From: the human T2T-CHM13v2.0 reference genome, Homo sapiens
Direction: 5' to 3' (one strand)
Length of the DNA: 64,000 bases
Assembly (NCBI RefSeq): GCF_009914755.1
Contig: NC_060933.1
Each line of letters begins with the position of its first letter. Positions within the stretch are counted from its first letter, which is position 1. Below the pieces are notes generated by a model. That model was not told the DNA's origin. It saw nothing but the letters and a program-made list of their open reading frames with translations, and made no database searches. The translations under genes were made by a program, and so were the position numbers. Shown one piece after another: positions 1 through 14,899 of this stretch.

Positions 1-1179
1 AAACATTTCTTTTCGAATTTTATGAAGATTGCATATTTGTTGGAAGCAAAACATTTCCAGCTGTATTTTAAGTTTCTGAAGAGGGTTGTAAGATTTATAA
101 TCTTTCATAAATGCTGCCCATATCTTATAATATTAGATGAACACGCCACTGCGTACTTTGAGGAACAATTTGCCAACGCAGTTTGCCACATGAAAATAAT
201 AAAGTCCTTTCCAAAACCCAGCCAGATCCAGTAGGAAAAGATGAGATGAATGTTCTTTCTTTTCCATCTGGGAGACATTTTGGATTTCAGCTATACTATG
301 TAATATACATTTTTTCCCCTTGGAAACCAAGAAACCTGCATTTTACAACAAGGTATGCAGTGCAAAGAAAATGCTGGTGAAATAAGAATCTGAAAATGAA
401 AACCAGAATGTCATCAGACTCAAGAACATAATCATGAAGGCAAATCGAAAAATCAATGCAGAATTTCAACATAAAACAAATGCAATGTTTATGATCCTAT
501 TAGTCTTAAATTTTTCTCTTAAAAGGAAAGCATAGAAAAATAAGTGCTGTTTTACCTCCAAAGTCCTGAACAGCATTTATGTTACTACCTAGCACCATGA
601 CTTACATATCTGGTTTATCCTGGAGTCTTCACGCATTATTCTAAATCCCACACATACAACACTCCTGTGTACACATGGCCCCTCTGTGTTATGTCACTTC
701 ATGTATTTTCCCAACACTTAATATATCTAGGTTAAAATCAGACATAAGACTTTCTAATATTTCATTGGCAATCTTTCTTCTCAGGGAGCAGGACATGTTC
801 TCTCCAAACTGCCTGGAGAGTCAGGACTCTGGGCTCTATCCGGCAACTGCCAAGCACTAGCACGCTGACTCTAAGCAAACCATTTCACGCACGAATCAGT
901 TTTCATCTTGCCCAGTGGCAACTAGTTAATGAAAGGTAAGAGTTTAGTCTTAGTTGTTTTCAAAGGAATTAGAAATACTAGGAAAAAAATAATTTCACAC
1001 AACAGTGAAATATGCACAAGTATTTTTGTGGAAAAAGGCTATGAGATATATATATTTAATGTTCTTTAAGGTTTAATTAGTACTCCTCCTCCCCCTCCTA
1101 AAAAAAAAAAATCCCCACCTACTTGGTTGCACTGCCCCTTGCAAACGCTGACAACACAGGTAATTGAAGGGCTGGGTTA

Positions 1180-1300
1180 GAGTGCAACTCTTCTGCTACA
1201 TTTTAAAACCCATGGGGTCAAGAAACATGTTAGTCTTATTCACTGCCCTAGCATATTCCTGGCACATACTAGATGCTCAATCAGTATGTGTTGAATGACT
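1180..1300 (+). mobile_element. L2 3' end
   Basis: cctggcacatactagatgctcaatcagtatgtgttgaatgact. Confidence 0.7.
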
Positions 1301-2409
1301 AACCACTGTTTTACAGAGAACAAGATGATGACTGGTAGCAGTTAAAACAGTTCATCTTCCTTAAATTACAAACAAACTGCCAGTAATACCAATCATAACT
1401 TTCAGTTTTTGATTATTATCTACACATATTCTAATTTTTAAGTTTCTACAACCTCTCTACAAATACAAATGTAGTGATTGACTCAATGACCAAAAAGTCA
1501 TATTCTTATTTTTTCATTGCTCATTTTTTCATAGGCATATGTTCCTAAAAATTTTTTTAAATTGGATACAGATTTCTCTATCATGTTAGCTAAAAAGATA
1601 CTTTGCCAAATCATTAAAATGTTTATGTTTATATCCTTATGTGAGCTTAGAGAGAAGAAACTGGATGGGTTTTTTATATCTTATGTTACTTACATGTGAT
1701 TAATAACCAGTCCTTGTTTTATTATTAAATTATGGCTCTTAAGTCTGTGATACTATATTCATATAAAAATAAATGTATACATTTAATCTCAAGATGCATA
1801 GCAATTAACTGGATAACAGAGTAAGATGATGCATAGCCTACTTTCTACAAAGGTAAAGTAGATTTGTACGTGGGGTATTCATTACTGCTTCTGTTCATAA
1901 AATAACTTTATCAAAATATTAGAGGAAAAAAATCAGATAAGTCATCTGATGAACAGGAAGCTTGCTGATGTGGCAGATAATAGTATTAAATGTCCTAACA
2001 GTTCCTTGATAAGTGGTTCAAAGAACTTCTGTCCCCATGTTTTCAAGGCAAAAGTTAATATACCAGGAATAAAACTACTTGAATAATGCATCATTGAACC
2101 AACATTTTTGAAAAGGGATAAAATGAGGAAACAAATGAGGAGACAGTAATTTCCTCTTGCAAATTAAAACTGTGCAGGCAAAGAAAGGAACTCAATTATA
2201 CTGATAAAATAAAAACAAAAAAATAGCTGACATGATTTTCCTTTTTGTAAAAAGAGAAGGTCAAGAATATTCTAATAAGTGAAATAATGGGTTTGAAAGA
2301 ACTTTGAAAAGTTTACAAGCTCACAGAGACATGAAGATGGGGCATTTTATGGGGCAATATTCTTTCAAACAGTCACTTTAAGAGAACAGTTTAAAATACA
2401 GATAATCCT

Positions 2410-2849
2410 GGCCAGGCACGGTGGCATATGCCTTTAATCCCAACACTATGGGAGGCTGAGGTGGGTGGATAACCTGAGGTCAGGAGTTCAAGACCAGCCT
2501 GGCCAACATAATGAAATTCCATCTCTACTAAAAATACAATAATTAGCTGGGCGTAGTGGTGGGTGCCTGTAGTCCCAGCTACTTGGGAGGCTGAAGTGGG
2601 AGGATCACCTGAGGTCAGGAGTTCGAGACCAGCCTGGCCAACATGGTGAAACTCCACCTCTACTAAAAATACAATAATTAGCTGGGCATAGCGGTGGGTG
2701 CCTATAGTCCCAACTACTCGAGAGGCTAAGGTGGGAGGATCATCTGAGCCCTGGAGGTTGAGGCTGCAGTGAGCTGAGATTACATCACTGCACTCCAGCC
2801 TCGGTGACAGAGTGAGCCCCTATCTTGAAAAAAATAAACAAAAATAAAA
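2410..2849 (+). mobile_element. Alu with internal 135-bp duplication (trimeric Alu)
   Basis: Alu start ggccaggcacggtgg, two A-rich linkers (2526, 2661), A tail, TSD aaaatacagataatcct (2393-2409) / aaaatacagataattct (2850-2866). Confidence 0.95.
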
Positions 2850-5800
2850 AAAATACAGATAATTCTAACCAAGAATAATAAAGAATAACAGAAGCCCACC
2901 ATGAAATCTACTACTCATCACTATGGTTATTTGGGAAATGGGAAAATAAATGATGACGGGCATGTTCACTTGCTATATCCATTTTAAAAAAGGGAACTGA
3001 GAGTATACTGGTGCAGAGCTACGTACCAGGTGCTCAAAATTCCTCCCATTTTGTCTTGTTACTCATTTTATCTTTAATAGAGATTCAAATCAATTCCTTA
3101 TGATTCAAAAATGCCTAAGCCAAATCCAAAGAGTATGAAAAAATCAAGGTTCTGCATAATGTCCCATCCATATGCCTTAACCCTGAATGATATCAAACCT
3201 ATGTAATCTTAGACATCAATGCCTTCCAGATGTGACAAAATTTTAACACAGACCAACTTCAAGCTTTTTACTGCAGACTCATCTCCCATGCTCATAAAGA
3301 TTATTTTCATTGCACGTACCATTACATATGGCTAATGTTTAATTTTCCAAATTGATTATTATGCTGCCATTTCAAAACTGACATTGCCTTCCAATCCAAT
3401 CAAAAAACAAACTATGCTGCATACTCAACCTCCAACAAACACATACACAAAAACAAGAAATCACATCATTATTTCCAAGTTCTAGATAGTGCTTGGTTAC
3501 AAGACCAGTTGAACTTTTCCTTGTCCACTCTTGGTACCTCCAAAAGATGGAAAAGGGGAAGGAGGGATCATCCAATTCTTTGTCAGAGTTAATTGCCATA
3601 GGAATAATTTGAGCCTGTCACCTGTTGTTTTTGGTCTTAAAGATTGCTTCTAATCAGACAAGATCAAATTCTTCTTGACATTTAAAGCATGTTAAAATTC
3701 TAAAATTAACTAACAAGATTGTTCATGGATATTTTGCAAAACCATCTAACAGCAAGGCCATGACAGAAATGTATAAACTAAATTTTCAGATAGGATTTAA
3801 AAAATTAGTAACTCAACACCAGTAAGAAAAACTGGTGTGATAAAGCTTTGGATGATATTATGCAAGCTTAATTCCCCTGCCCCAAACAATTGCTTTGAAT
3901 CTTACCTAAATCTCATCCCTCCACCCACCCCCAAAATTAGAATTGCCCTGTAACGGTAACTTGTCCTCAGATCCATCCTGAACTCTGTTTCTGCAAACCA
4001 CCTTTCCCAGCTCCATTAACTATTGACTTCAGGCTAGGTCCAACCAACAGGAGGCAATGGTAGGAGTTTGGGAATTTGGAGGGTGGGAAGAAAGGAGAAG
4101 GAGAGGTATTCCTTCCCTCCTCTGCTTTGACATTTGTCTCCAAACAGTGGTGAGTTTTCCTCTTGTGATTCTTGCTTCCACTGAACAAGTTCCTCCCTCT
4201 GTGATGCCCTCCCTTCAGGCAGCTCCAGCGCAATTTGTGTAGTAGATTCCTACTGATGCTAATGACTGGGTGACCTCACTGCCCATTCAGCTTTTCATCT
4301 ATTCTAACATTACTGTAACTGGCCTTGCCCATGAAATTCCTCCTATTGGACTATCTGGTAGTTTATTTTACTCAAATCTGACAGATACATTTGTTTTTTT
4401 GAATTTGGCATATCTGTCACTCTAAAATACGTGTCAGGTAATAGAATTAAGCAGTATTAGACAAATATAATAACTTTTTTAAAAACCAATAGATTTCACG
4501 TGTTTGTTATGATTCTCATCTTTTAAAAAAAAGATGAGAAAGCACTGCCACCATTCAGTACTAAGTACAAAATTCTGTATCCCAAAGTTTTTTGTAATGC
4601 ATACTGATACATAAAAATAATCAAGTTTTTAAAAAAGGCAACTAGATGCTCAATGCCATGTTCTAAATATATCTCTTCCAGGAGGTCTTCTGATAATCCT
4701 ACCCATCCATCCAAGTTTACTTCTTCTTTTTATCATCTCCTAGTCTCTCTAACCAATTTTTAACAAGTTTTTTCTTGTGCATGTGTTTTTCCTTCACACA
4801 TGACTGTATGCTCCTTGACTGGAACAATTATAAGTTTGATTATTTTTGTAAAATATGATACATTTACTTATATTTCATGCCACAAACAACTTCGAAATGC
4901 TTATCAATTGTCGGAATAACTAACAGTCTCATGGGGATAATCAAAAGGTTTTCTTAAATATGCACCACTATACATCAACGTAAGAATAATCCCTAACAGG
5001 AAAGAGAAATGACTTCAACATTACTCTGTTTCCTTTAGGAAATGGTTCATAAGTCCCCACTGGACATGAGGCATTTTACATAAGAAAAATTACAAAATAA
5101 GACAAAAGTATTTTTCCCATCAGAATAGTAACACTCTATAGTGTTTTGCTAAAACACTCTACGAACAGGAGAAAACAAAAATATTTATGTTCATACGCAC
5201 AGGGATATATATGAACTCACAGTACCAAAACTTTAGAATCACATATGCAAACAGTACCAATATACTTAATGTTTTAAACTGTGCTAGATAACAGCCCGGC
5301 TAGAGGCAAGTGACATAACGGAAAAACATACAGCATCAATTCACATGTTGCCAACTTTTTTTGGATAGAACTAACAGGATGACACTGGTGATGGATGTGC
5401 ACACTTAGCTGCCAGCATTGCACCCTATGCAATGTCCCTCTACATCCTCTCTCTCAATCATTTTGAACCCCCACCCCCAAGATTTATTTTATGTCTCTTT
5501 TTAAAACATTATTTTCCTAGTTGGTGACAGTCACCACCAAACATCATACAGAGATCATTTCAACTGAAAATACATGTTTATTATTTTTTAAGCCTGTGCC
5601 TGAAATGTATTTTAGTCAATCTATGCCACATAAGGCAAACTTCTAATGCACATTTATGAATTTAATTCAATAAATATTTACTGAAAAAAGAAAATGGGTT
5701 GGAGTCTAAATAGACATAAAGTGGCCATGAAGTAAGTCTAGCAATAACTTTCACTTTTTATGTTTTCCCACCACCCTTTACTTTCCCCAATGAGAAACTT

Positions 5801-8800
5801 ATAGTGTGACAGGTAAGCTAAGAGACAATCTCCATAAATATGACAGCAGACATATTGCACAGACACTAAAAACCACAGGAATAATGCTGAGACCACAAGA
5901 CAGAAATAGCCCTTGACTTTTTCTCGTAATGGCAGGTAGAATGGGTGGGACAGGGAGCCTAAAGCCAGATAGGAAAACGAATCCAACTTTTAACCAAATT
6001 TTTTATTACACACATACTATTTGAAACTTAAACTTTCATTCTAAGTTACAGTCAAAAAAGAAAAAAGACAATAAGAAGAAATAAAAATTATCCCAGTTCT
6101 TCCAATGTACTGTATATGTATATGCTATGATTTAAGAATTATGCCATAGGAATAGATAATTCAATTAAAGCCAAGATAAAACAAATGAGATACATTATAC
6201 TAAGCAGATAGCAAATTATGATATAATTTGGCTGAGAAATAGGTTGAAACAGGCACTATCTTAGAAATGGGATGACAGCAAAGAACTAAGCTCCACCTTC
6301 AATGTATTTGAAGGTCTGTTTGGAGCCAATTTACACAAAATATCCACTTACCAATGTCACAGAAGATAGAACAAAATAACACTGAGATAACGTATTAGGA
6401 AATTATTTTTTAATATTGGAGGTGCACTCTACCACCTCAATCCAGCACACATTCTCTCTCTCTCTCTCTTTCACAAAAGAGAAAGAGATCCCGTAAGCTT
6501 CTCCACAATGTTCTATACCTGACCCTGGAAGGAAATCCTATTCTTCTAGGCTTGCTTAAGCCAATAAGGTCCCCAGAGAATGCTAACTGGGGTGGTTATG
6601 TGCCCAAGAATTGAACTGAAACCATTAATTTACTTCATAGGACCAATCAACTGGCAAAAGAAGTTAAAAAAAAACAAAAAACAAAAAACTTTTGGTAGAA
6701 CTGACCTACAGAGAATTTAAACCGCCAGAGATGGCAAGGTTTGATGTTACAGCTTCCTTCATCCATCTGCAAAGCTCTGTCACTACCTAATAAATGCACA
6801 ATGCTTCTCTCTCCTGTGGTGCTTTTAGGAAATAATGCTTGTCATTTTCCATCTTATTGACAAAATATTGTATTTTTTAGAAAACTCCATATCTAAGGAA
6901 TACTTTAATGAAATAAAGATGGGTTAAAACATCAAGCTAATTTTGTGAGCACACGAAACAGAGAAATAATCTCAAAGAAAATGATAAATTCTAATTTTTA
7001 TTTGAAAGTATAAAGCACATATGAGACGACTTTTATTGTGTTGCCACTTCATTCTTGTTTATTTAGGTTTCTTTATTCACTGTCGATATAAATGACTGCA
7101 GTGAAGCCAGGATTGCAGACCAAATCTGAATTTGGAAGTTTGGCTACAGCAATCTGGATCCCAAAGCCAAAGCTTCCTCCTCACATTAGACTCCCATTCA
7201 AAGCTATCACTGTGTTTTCAAAGTGACAACACTGTTCAACTTTCTTTTCACAGAGCAGGAATCTTTTATGGCATTAAGGGTATGTATGTCACACCATGAA
7301 AAACACAATGACATTGCAAACATAGAGAAAGGAATCTAGTAAGGGCATTGGGAGGAAAAAGGGGGTGGGGTATTTAAGAAAATGTTTTTTAAACTTTTTT
7401 TTTTGCAAAAGAAAATGCATAATAATAAAATAATAACTGAAAGTTCCCTATTAATATCATCCAGCAATTATTAAAAATAGAATAAATTAGCTGATATAAT
7501 CCAATCACCTGGTAGGGAACAGCATGTGTCTCCTTAGTCCATTGGCAGTGCTAATGGTGCTCCTAAATGAAGGATTTTTTTTTTCTGTGTTCACGCTCGT
7601 TGAACTTAATTTTCCGTTCACCTGTTTACCTGGATTAGTTTTCAGCTTAACATTCATTAAGCATCAAGACATAACAAGAGGTGCAGTGATGATGAGATAA
7701 AAGTCTCAAGGCCATTACTCCTCCCATGAGGCACTCAGGGAGGATCTATAAGTGAAAGATAGCTTCACTCGCTTGGGTTAAAGTGAGAAAATATGAACCC
7801 ACTCCAGAACTTTGAAAATCAAAGAGAGCTTTAAAAAGCCGTGTGTTTATGTTTTGCCTAATTTTTCACTTTTTCTCATTAGAAGGCAAGGTCTGACTAA
7901 ATGTGGGTTATTTCTGATATCTCAGCTTCTAGTTTGCGGAAGGGGGTTCCTGTTTAAGGGAGGGAATGCTGCCACCCCCTACTCTCCCCAGCAGCAGCAC
8001 ACTGGACACCTGAGAAGCCAAAAGCGCTACACCAAAATATACCACCTTTAATCACAAATCAAACAACAGTAATTAGGAGCATCAAGTTAATTGTGTCTAC
8101 TCCCCACAGAATGTGTCCTCCAAGGCTCCTTGAAATCAGGTTGAAAGATTAGTAGTAATTTTACTCCCAATTCTCTTATTCTAACTTAAAAAAAAAAAAA
8201 AAACAGAGCCTAAGTTCATCACTCCTACCCTCAGAACTATGGAGTCTACAAGTAAAACCTTAAAAAGAAAAATCAGACTACTTAATTAAGTGTTTTCTTA
8301 GGCCGTTTATGTAATCAGAGTAACTTTGATCTTTGGCTTCTTAATCTGTTCAAAATTTGTTGTCAAATCGTATGGAATTCCTTTAAATCCAGAATTATAA
8401 ATGTTATTTTCCATTTGTCTTTTATTAATGATTAAGACAACTTGGCAGTTTGAATCCAATCAATCAAGAATGTGCAAAATCCATTTCATATACATTGGTA
8501 CAATTAGATACTGACAATAAGGCTCTTTCTTACCTTCCATTTGTACTAAATATGACAAAGATAGCAAGAATACCTTAGCTATTTTCGAGGCATTTTCATC
8601 TACATTACTTTGCAATCCCGAAATAGGTTGTGCTTTATTCTGACCCTTTACAATTACCAGAAAGGAATGCAGAGCTTGATAACTTGCAGAGTAATAGAAA
8701 AACCTTGATTTTTCATTGCATTTCCCCTTCTGACTTTCTTAGGATCTGAGGGACGACCCTTAACCTTTCTCAGCCTCACTCTCCTGTCTCAAACAAGCTA

Positions 8801-10084
8801 TAATAAAACTTTATTCCAGTCCACTGGGGTATTAGAACAATGAATCTGATAGGATGTCCCTAACACACTGTGATCTCTATAGGGAAAGTTGCTATAAAAA
8901 TAAAGACACTGTTGTTATTCTTCCAATTGAGTTATTTGCAAATGGATCTTCTTGATGGAGCCCAGCCCTCCGATATAGAAAAGAAAATTCTGTCAGTCCT
9001 CTAGGGTACAATTGCCTTGTGGCAATTATACCCATAACCACATTTCCTTATTACTATTTATAAAAGACTGTGGAGTTCAAGGGGAGGCAAAAAGGGAGCT
9101 TAAGAAAAAATATGCTGTTTATTTTCAACAGAAGATGCTGAAGTTGCAAATTTGGAACTCAAGGCTATAGGTAAACTTTGACAGAACATGTGTTCCAAAT
9201 TAGTGTGGTGTTTCTTAGCTGTGTCAGAAAGTCAGAGGTGTCCCTGAGGCTGCAGCGCTTTAGCAAATTTTGGAAATAACTTAGGGGAAAAAAAGGTAAA
9301 TTACACAGTTAATCTGGTCCTCACTCTACGAATGCTACAAAACAATGACGAAAAGGTTCACGGCTAGACCATTCTCACCAAGAAAGACAGCATATCTCGA
9401 GGTACAAAAGGCACAAAAGAAAATTAAACTGAGCTTAGGAAGAAAGTGCTACGGACAATTTTACATGAAAAGCCAAAAGGGAATGTTGGGGCTACGTTGA
9501 ACTTTCCTGGAGTCTACAGACAGAATACACGTTGCCCCCTATATTCATTACCAACAGCCATAAGAATTAGTAGGTGGCTCAGGTTTAGGCACTTTAAGAA
9601 TTCCATATTCCTCAAATGGAATTTTTTCAAAGTAAATAATAAAAGCTTTGCTTTATGAAGTATTAGAGAAATGGGGTTTCCCTTCCATAACAGAAATCAC
9701 TAGGCCCATCACACTGCACGTCTCCAAGGAGCATGATTCACAGTGTGGGCTACGGGGAGGGAGCCTTCTAAAGTCGTTTCGGATGTTCACTATGGCATTC
9801 TACGTGTCATTAAAAAAGCCTTATAAATCATCCTAAAATTTAGAGTTTAAACCTGGAACAATTATTTGGATAAAGTTTCTTATGTTAACAGGTTTTTAAA
9901 AGTTCAATTTTCAGAAAAGTGTTTGTTGTCAGTGGAGATCTGCATATAATCTAGATTCCAATTAAACACAGAGCTCCAAAAAGACCAATTAAAGGAGAAG
10001 TAGAACAGCTTGCCGTATCATGACAATAAATGCTACTTGCCTTATTGTCATTTCACAATCAGTGACATTCAGTCCACAAATTCT

Positions 10085-10225
10085 AGTGAGCATGAGATTC
10101 ACCTGAGATGCTTGTTAGAAATTCAGATTCCTCGACCCCACCCGCAATGACTGGGACTCGTACAGCAATGCTGGGGCCAAGAAAGCGCTCTCAACAAGCA
10201 CCCCAGGTAACTCCCGCACATTGTT
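10085..10225. mobile_element. MER5-family hAT-Charlie MITE (degenerate)
   Basis: cacctgagatgcttgttagaaattcagattcc...aacaagcaccccaggtaactc resembles the MER5A/B core. Confidence 0.6.
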
Positions 10226-12039
10226 CTCAGCCAGTGTACATGGGACTTGGCTGCTGATGCTTGCTCACAGACACCAAACTGGAAAGCAAAAGGCAGTATG
10301 TGACTATAGAGTCCTGAAAACACAAACAAACAAAAATGCAGTCCTTAAGCCAAAACCAATCTCCACTTTTCTCCCTCTCCCTGCCATGTGATGCACCAGC
10401 TTTGGCCAAAAATCACATGTGTACAGTGAATCCTAAAAAGCAACTAAATCCAAATCCACACTGAACCATTCTGAACTCTATCACACTTCACAGAGCTTTA
10501 AATAGAATTCTACTCAAAACATCACACCCTGACTGGCCAAGGGATTCTTTGGGTTCTGTTGCTTTATCCAAGTGATCCAAAGTGACCCAGGTTCCATTCT
10601 GCAAGTTCGCTTCTACAGCTTTTTCCAAGTCGAACACAGAAGGATTAAAAAGAAAACACAAATATTGGCATAGGTGACTTGAGGTTACTTGACCTTTCTG
10701 AAGGAAGATTTTTTGGCAATTGTGTTCTGGCAGCTCCCTGGAAGGCAAGGCCAGGACACAAAGAGGAAGACAGGAAGCCGGGAGCTGGCCATGTGTCCTT
10801 GGCAGGCAGTAGTGCGGCAGGGTGAACCACCTCATCCCTGCCAAACCAGAAACAGTGGGGAAAGCCCAGCTAATTGGCAACTCACAGCCGGCTACAGTGT
10901 ACATCCTCGGCTTTAAATGCCTGATAAAGTTAAATGGCCTGCCAGACCCTAATCTACTTAAACAGGATCCTCCTTTACTTTCAAAAACTTAACTCACCCA
11001 TTTGTGTTTCCTTAAGGAAGTGGTAAGGCAGCATCTTAGAATGTTAAGAGCTGGAAAAATTAAAAACAAAACAGCAAAAAAAGTAAAGATGTGTTGGAGT
11101 CTCATTATGCTTATAGCCGTTTTACTTTGTGAAAGGGCCATGTATGTTTGTGCTTTTGGTTTTAGCTAATAAGACTTCCACTTGGTCATTTATTTTTATT
11201 TAAAAGAAATTCTCAAGTCAACATTGCAGACTGATTATGACTTCAGTTCATTGGAGGATCCAGGATCCATTTTTTTTTTAATTTCACAAAACTCCTGAAG
11301 ATATCCAAGGAGACTGCAGAGTTGCACCCAGTTTCCACTCAGCTATTGTTTTTACTTACACATTAGTTGGCTCAATCATATTTGCTAAGGTATTTCTGTA
11401 TACACTAGCATAAAATCACCACTTTCTGAGTCTTTTACAGCTAAAATAGGGAATCACGCAGGGAGAACAGGAGCAGAAGGGATTGTCCAAATAAACTGCT
11501 CCTTACTGCTGCTGCTAACAGAGTGAATCCAGGGACCTGGAGCCTGGAGCACAATTTTGCCCCTAGGTCTGAAGGCCTGGTAAGAGCAATTTAAAGGGGT
11601 GTGCTCAGTAGTTGGGCATATTTCCTTCTATTTTCTGTGAAACTGTTCATGCCTTCTTCAAAACTCAAAGCAAAATTTCAAATTAGCTTCTCCTCCTTAA
11701 AATATAGTAGTCAATGGTGAAATTTGATGAAGAAAATGCAAATTTCCTCTCAGAACTGGTAGAAGAGAAAGATTACAATAAACATAATCCACTGTTTTCA
11801 TCAGAAGTTTCTTAAAGTCTACAGAATATTCATCCTTTAAGCAACCCAGGACCCCAGAATCTGTTTCAGTGAAGTTAGACCAAGGAATAAAACACAATAC
11901 CAAAACTCACATACTCTCTGATCACGATGTGAGATAAGAAAATAATAATCCTCATGCCCAACACTAGCTCTCAGGATCGGTAAGTCTAAGTATGTGTTTC
12001 AGCTCCAAAATTACTATTTTTTTTAAAACACGACTTGAC

Positions 12040-13170
12040 TTTCCCAGACTCTACTTAGTTGACTTTTCACACTAAGTATCCCTAGCTTTTGGAAATTCTC
12101 CTTCCCTTTTCCTTTAGGGCACCACTCCTTTCTTAGGTCCAATCCTCTATTTCTGAGGGCTGCTTTCCTGTCTTGATGGCTATCTCCTTCTCTTCTGTTG
12201 GTCCCTTATATGTTGGTGATCCCAAAGACGATCCATCCAACTTGGCCATCTTCTTGTCTTTGTACATTCCCCCTCAGCAAACTCAGCTAGGTCCATGTTT
12301 ACAAATACTACCCGTTTTTTGAGAACTCTGTATCTCCATATCTAGCCCTAACCTCTTCTTTAACTGCAAAACTCCTCCTGATGTTGCTAGTGCACAACCT
12401 TTGTACACTCTTGCCTCCCCGCAACCAATCCATATCTCAATTAATGGCATTCACAGCCATTCAGTTTCCCAAGCTGAAAATGCTCATTCCAGAAACCCCA
12501 ACTCCGCAAAGCTTCACATTCAGTTGTCAGCCCAGACTCTATCTTCCTTTCAAGCCTATTTCCCCATCTCCATCCCAACTGGTGCTAAGTCCCTTATTGA
12601 GCTTCACATTTTTACCTCACAATAGCCTCAGCCTCCTCAGGCCATTATGATTCACTCTTCACACTATAACCAGACTCCATCCTCTGCATAGCCACCAGGA
12701 ATCACAACACTTCACTCCTTAAAACACCTTGGTGGCTTCCAATTGCTAGCTAGGATAATCTACAACCTCCTTAGTACAGCATTCAAGGTGCTCCATAACC
12801 TGGCCCCAGCCTAGCCTCACTCTCACAGAAACCATCACCCTTTACCCTCCCCCTCACACCCACACCCAACTTCCTAATATTCTTCTTAACAGTCCTAGAA
12901 TATGCCGTGCAACTGCAGGTCTGTGCCCTTGCTCATAAGGTTTCTATGCCTGGAATATCCCTTATTTGATGCAAGACAAACGCCTAATTCATCTTTAAAA
13001 GCTCTTGAATTTCGTCTGTTACAACCTTCCTGAACCTTATTGCCCCATCTAATGAGACCACCCTCTGGGGCCCACATGGCCTTGCTCACACTTTAGTGCA
13101 GGGCCCGACCAGTGCATTATAGTTGGTTGTTTATACATTACTGCTCTCCAAGATTGTGACCTCCTGTATC
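12040..13170 (+). mobile_element. L2 LINE fragment(s)
   Basis: CT-rich, L2-like motifs (cctccttagtacagcattcaaggtgctccataacctggcccc; tgcctggaat). Confidence 0.65.
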
Positions 13171-13618
13171 CCAACTTACCCTGAATAATTTTGGGAATCT
13201 ATTTAAATGGCATACAAATTTATCTTGGATGTACTATCCATGAAGAAACTGAGACAAAGAGCATTAATTCCCAAAAGAAAGACAAAGTAACCTTAAAAAA
13301 AAAAAGTCATAATGAGCTATCAATTTATACAGGTAATTAACATTCAATATTCTGATTGTGACATATACAGATGATATTTATCCATTCGTTTATTTTTTTG
13401 AAAAGGACTGAACACCTACAGTGGTCCATGTATCATCCTTGGAACTCAGTCTACAACAGTCAATAAAAGATGATTTGTTCTTGTCTTCATGGAGCTTATG
13501 GTTTCATTTGCACAATGTTGACTTTCATTCACTTGCTAGCAGGTAAAATGTGCTCTCTATACAATTTACAAATAAGCAGAATCTGTAATCATTATATTTT
13601 GAAGATAAAATTGATACT

Positions 13619-13622
<4 letters not shown>

Positions 13623-13660
<38 letters not shown>
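13623..13660 (+). repeat. (CA)n microsatellite
   Basis: Pure CA run of about 19 units. Confidence 0.97.
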
Positions 13661-13663
<3 letters not shown>

Positions 13664-14899
13664 GATTTAGCAGTGGGACAAACTTTTTCATTTAATTTTT
13701 GTTTATAGCAACTAAAACATGAGAGACTAAAAGCCACAGACTGCAAAAGCATTGTTTAGCTGTGATAAGCAGAATGTGTAAAGGTGGTATGATGGCACAA
13801 CAGCTATTGCAGCATGAAATAATGAGACTATAAAATAATGAGACCACAGTTTTAAAATTCTCCGACTTCCATTATCTTTCAGAATAGATGAAAGGGGTCT
13901 ACTGACTAGTTCGGGAGCTGAAGAGTCAAATACTATTTTAGGATGAAAATTACTTTGTGGTCACATCCCATTATAGAATATTGATGGAGCCACACTACAT
14001 GAAAGTCTCAAAAGGAGTACTGAGAGAAAACATCGTTAAGAATTGGTTTTCTGCTACTCAAACCCATCCTCAAGAAAAAACAAAAGCTAATTTAAAAAAA
14101 TCATCACCAAAGCAAAGTTTCTAAATGGAATGACATAAAAATATCGGTTCTACGTTTCTTGTCTTTTAGAAAAACGACCCATATGTATAGTATTTTATAT
14201 GGTTTTCTCTAACGTATCTGAGAAATGGGTAAGCAAATCTATGCAAAGAGATATCATGGATTGTGATGTCATATTTCTTATGAAAAAAATCACCTTCACA
14301 ATGTCAATTAATACCAAATTTAGCTTTACAACTCCATGAACTCTACCATTTTTTAGGTTAGCTGAAAACGATCTATTGACTAGCTTTGTGAGCTGAACAG
14401 TTGAATGCTACTTACATAGAAAATTATTTCTTTCACTCCATAAGAATAATTATCATGGCGATCACACAATTATTACAATTACATCTGTAAGAACTGTTAC
14501 TGGGAATTTATCTCTGAAACAGTCTCATGCATTGCAGGGGACATTTATCTTTTTGAATGATCATCAACACGAGTGTCTTTTTGTAGCTGTATAAGTGATT
14601 TTTACCTCCTTCTATTAATATCCTCTTGCATGCTTTAGAAGCCAAAGGAGACAGCCCCCACATTTTTTTTTTCCTAAAGCAATTGTTTCAGTTAAGCCAG
14701 GCCCATGGCATCTTTTGAGACAGAAAGCTACCCTTTCCATTCACGGCAACATAACATTCACAATGTGCTTTCCTAAATGGATGGAAAACCCCTCAAAAAA
14801 GCCCCTCAAATCTGTGTTTCATAAACTGTACTCTTAGCAATAAAGTTTATTACAGACCTAAAGTATCTGCATAAACCCGGTTAATTGAAAAGTGGGTGG

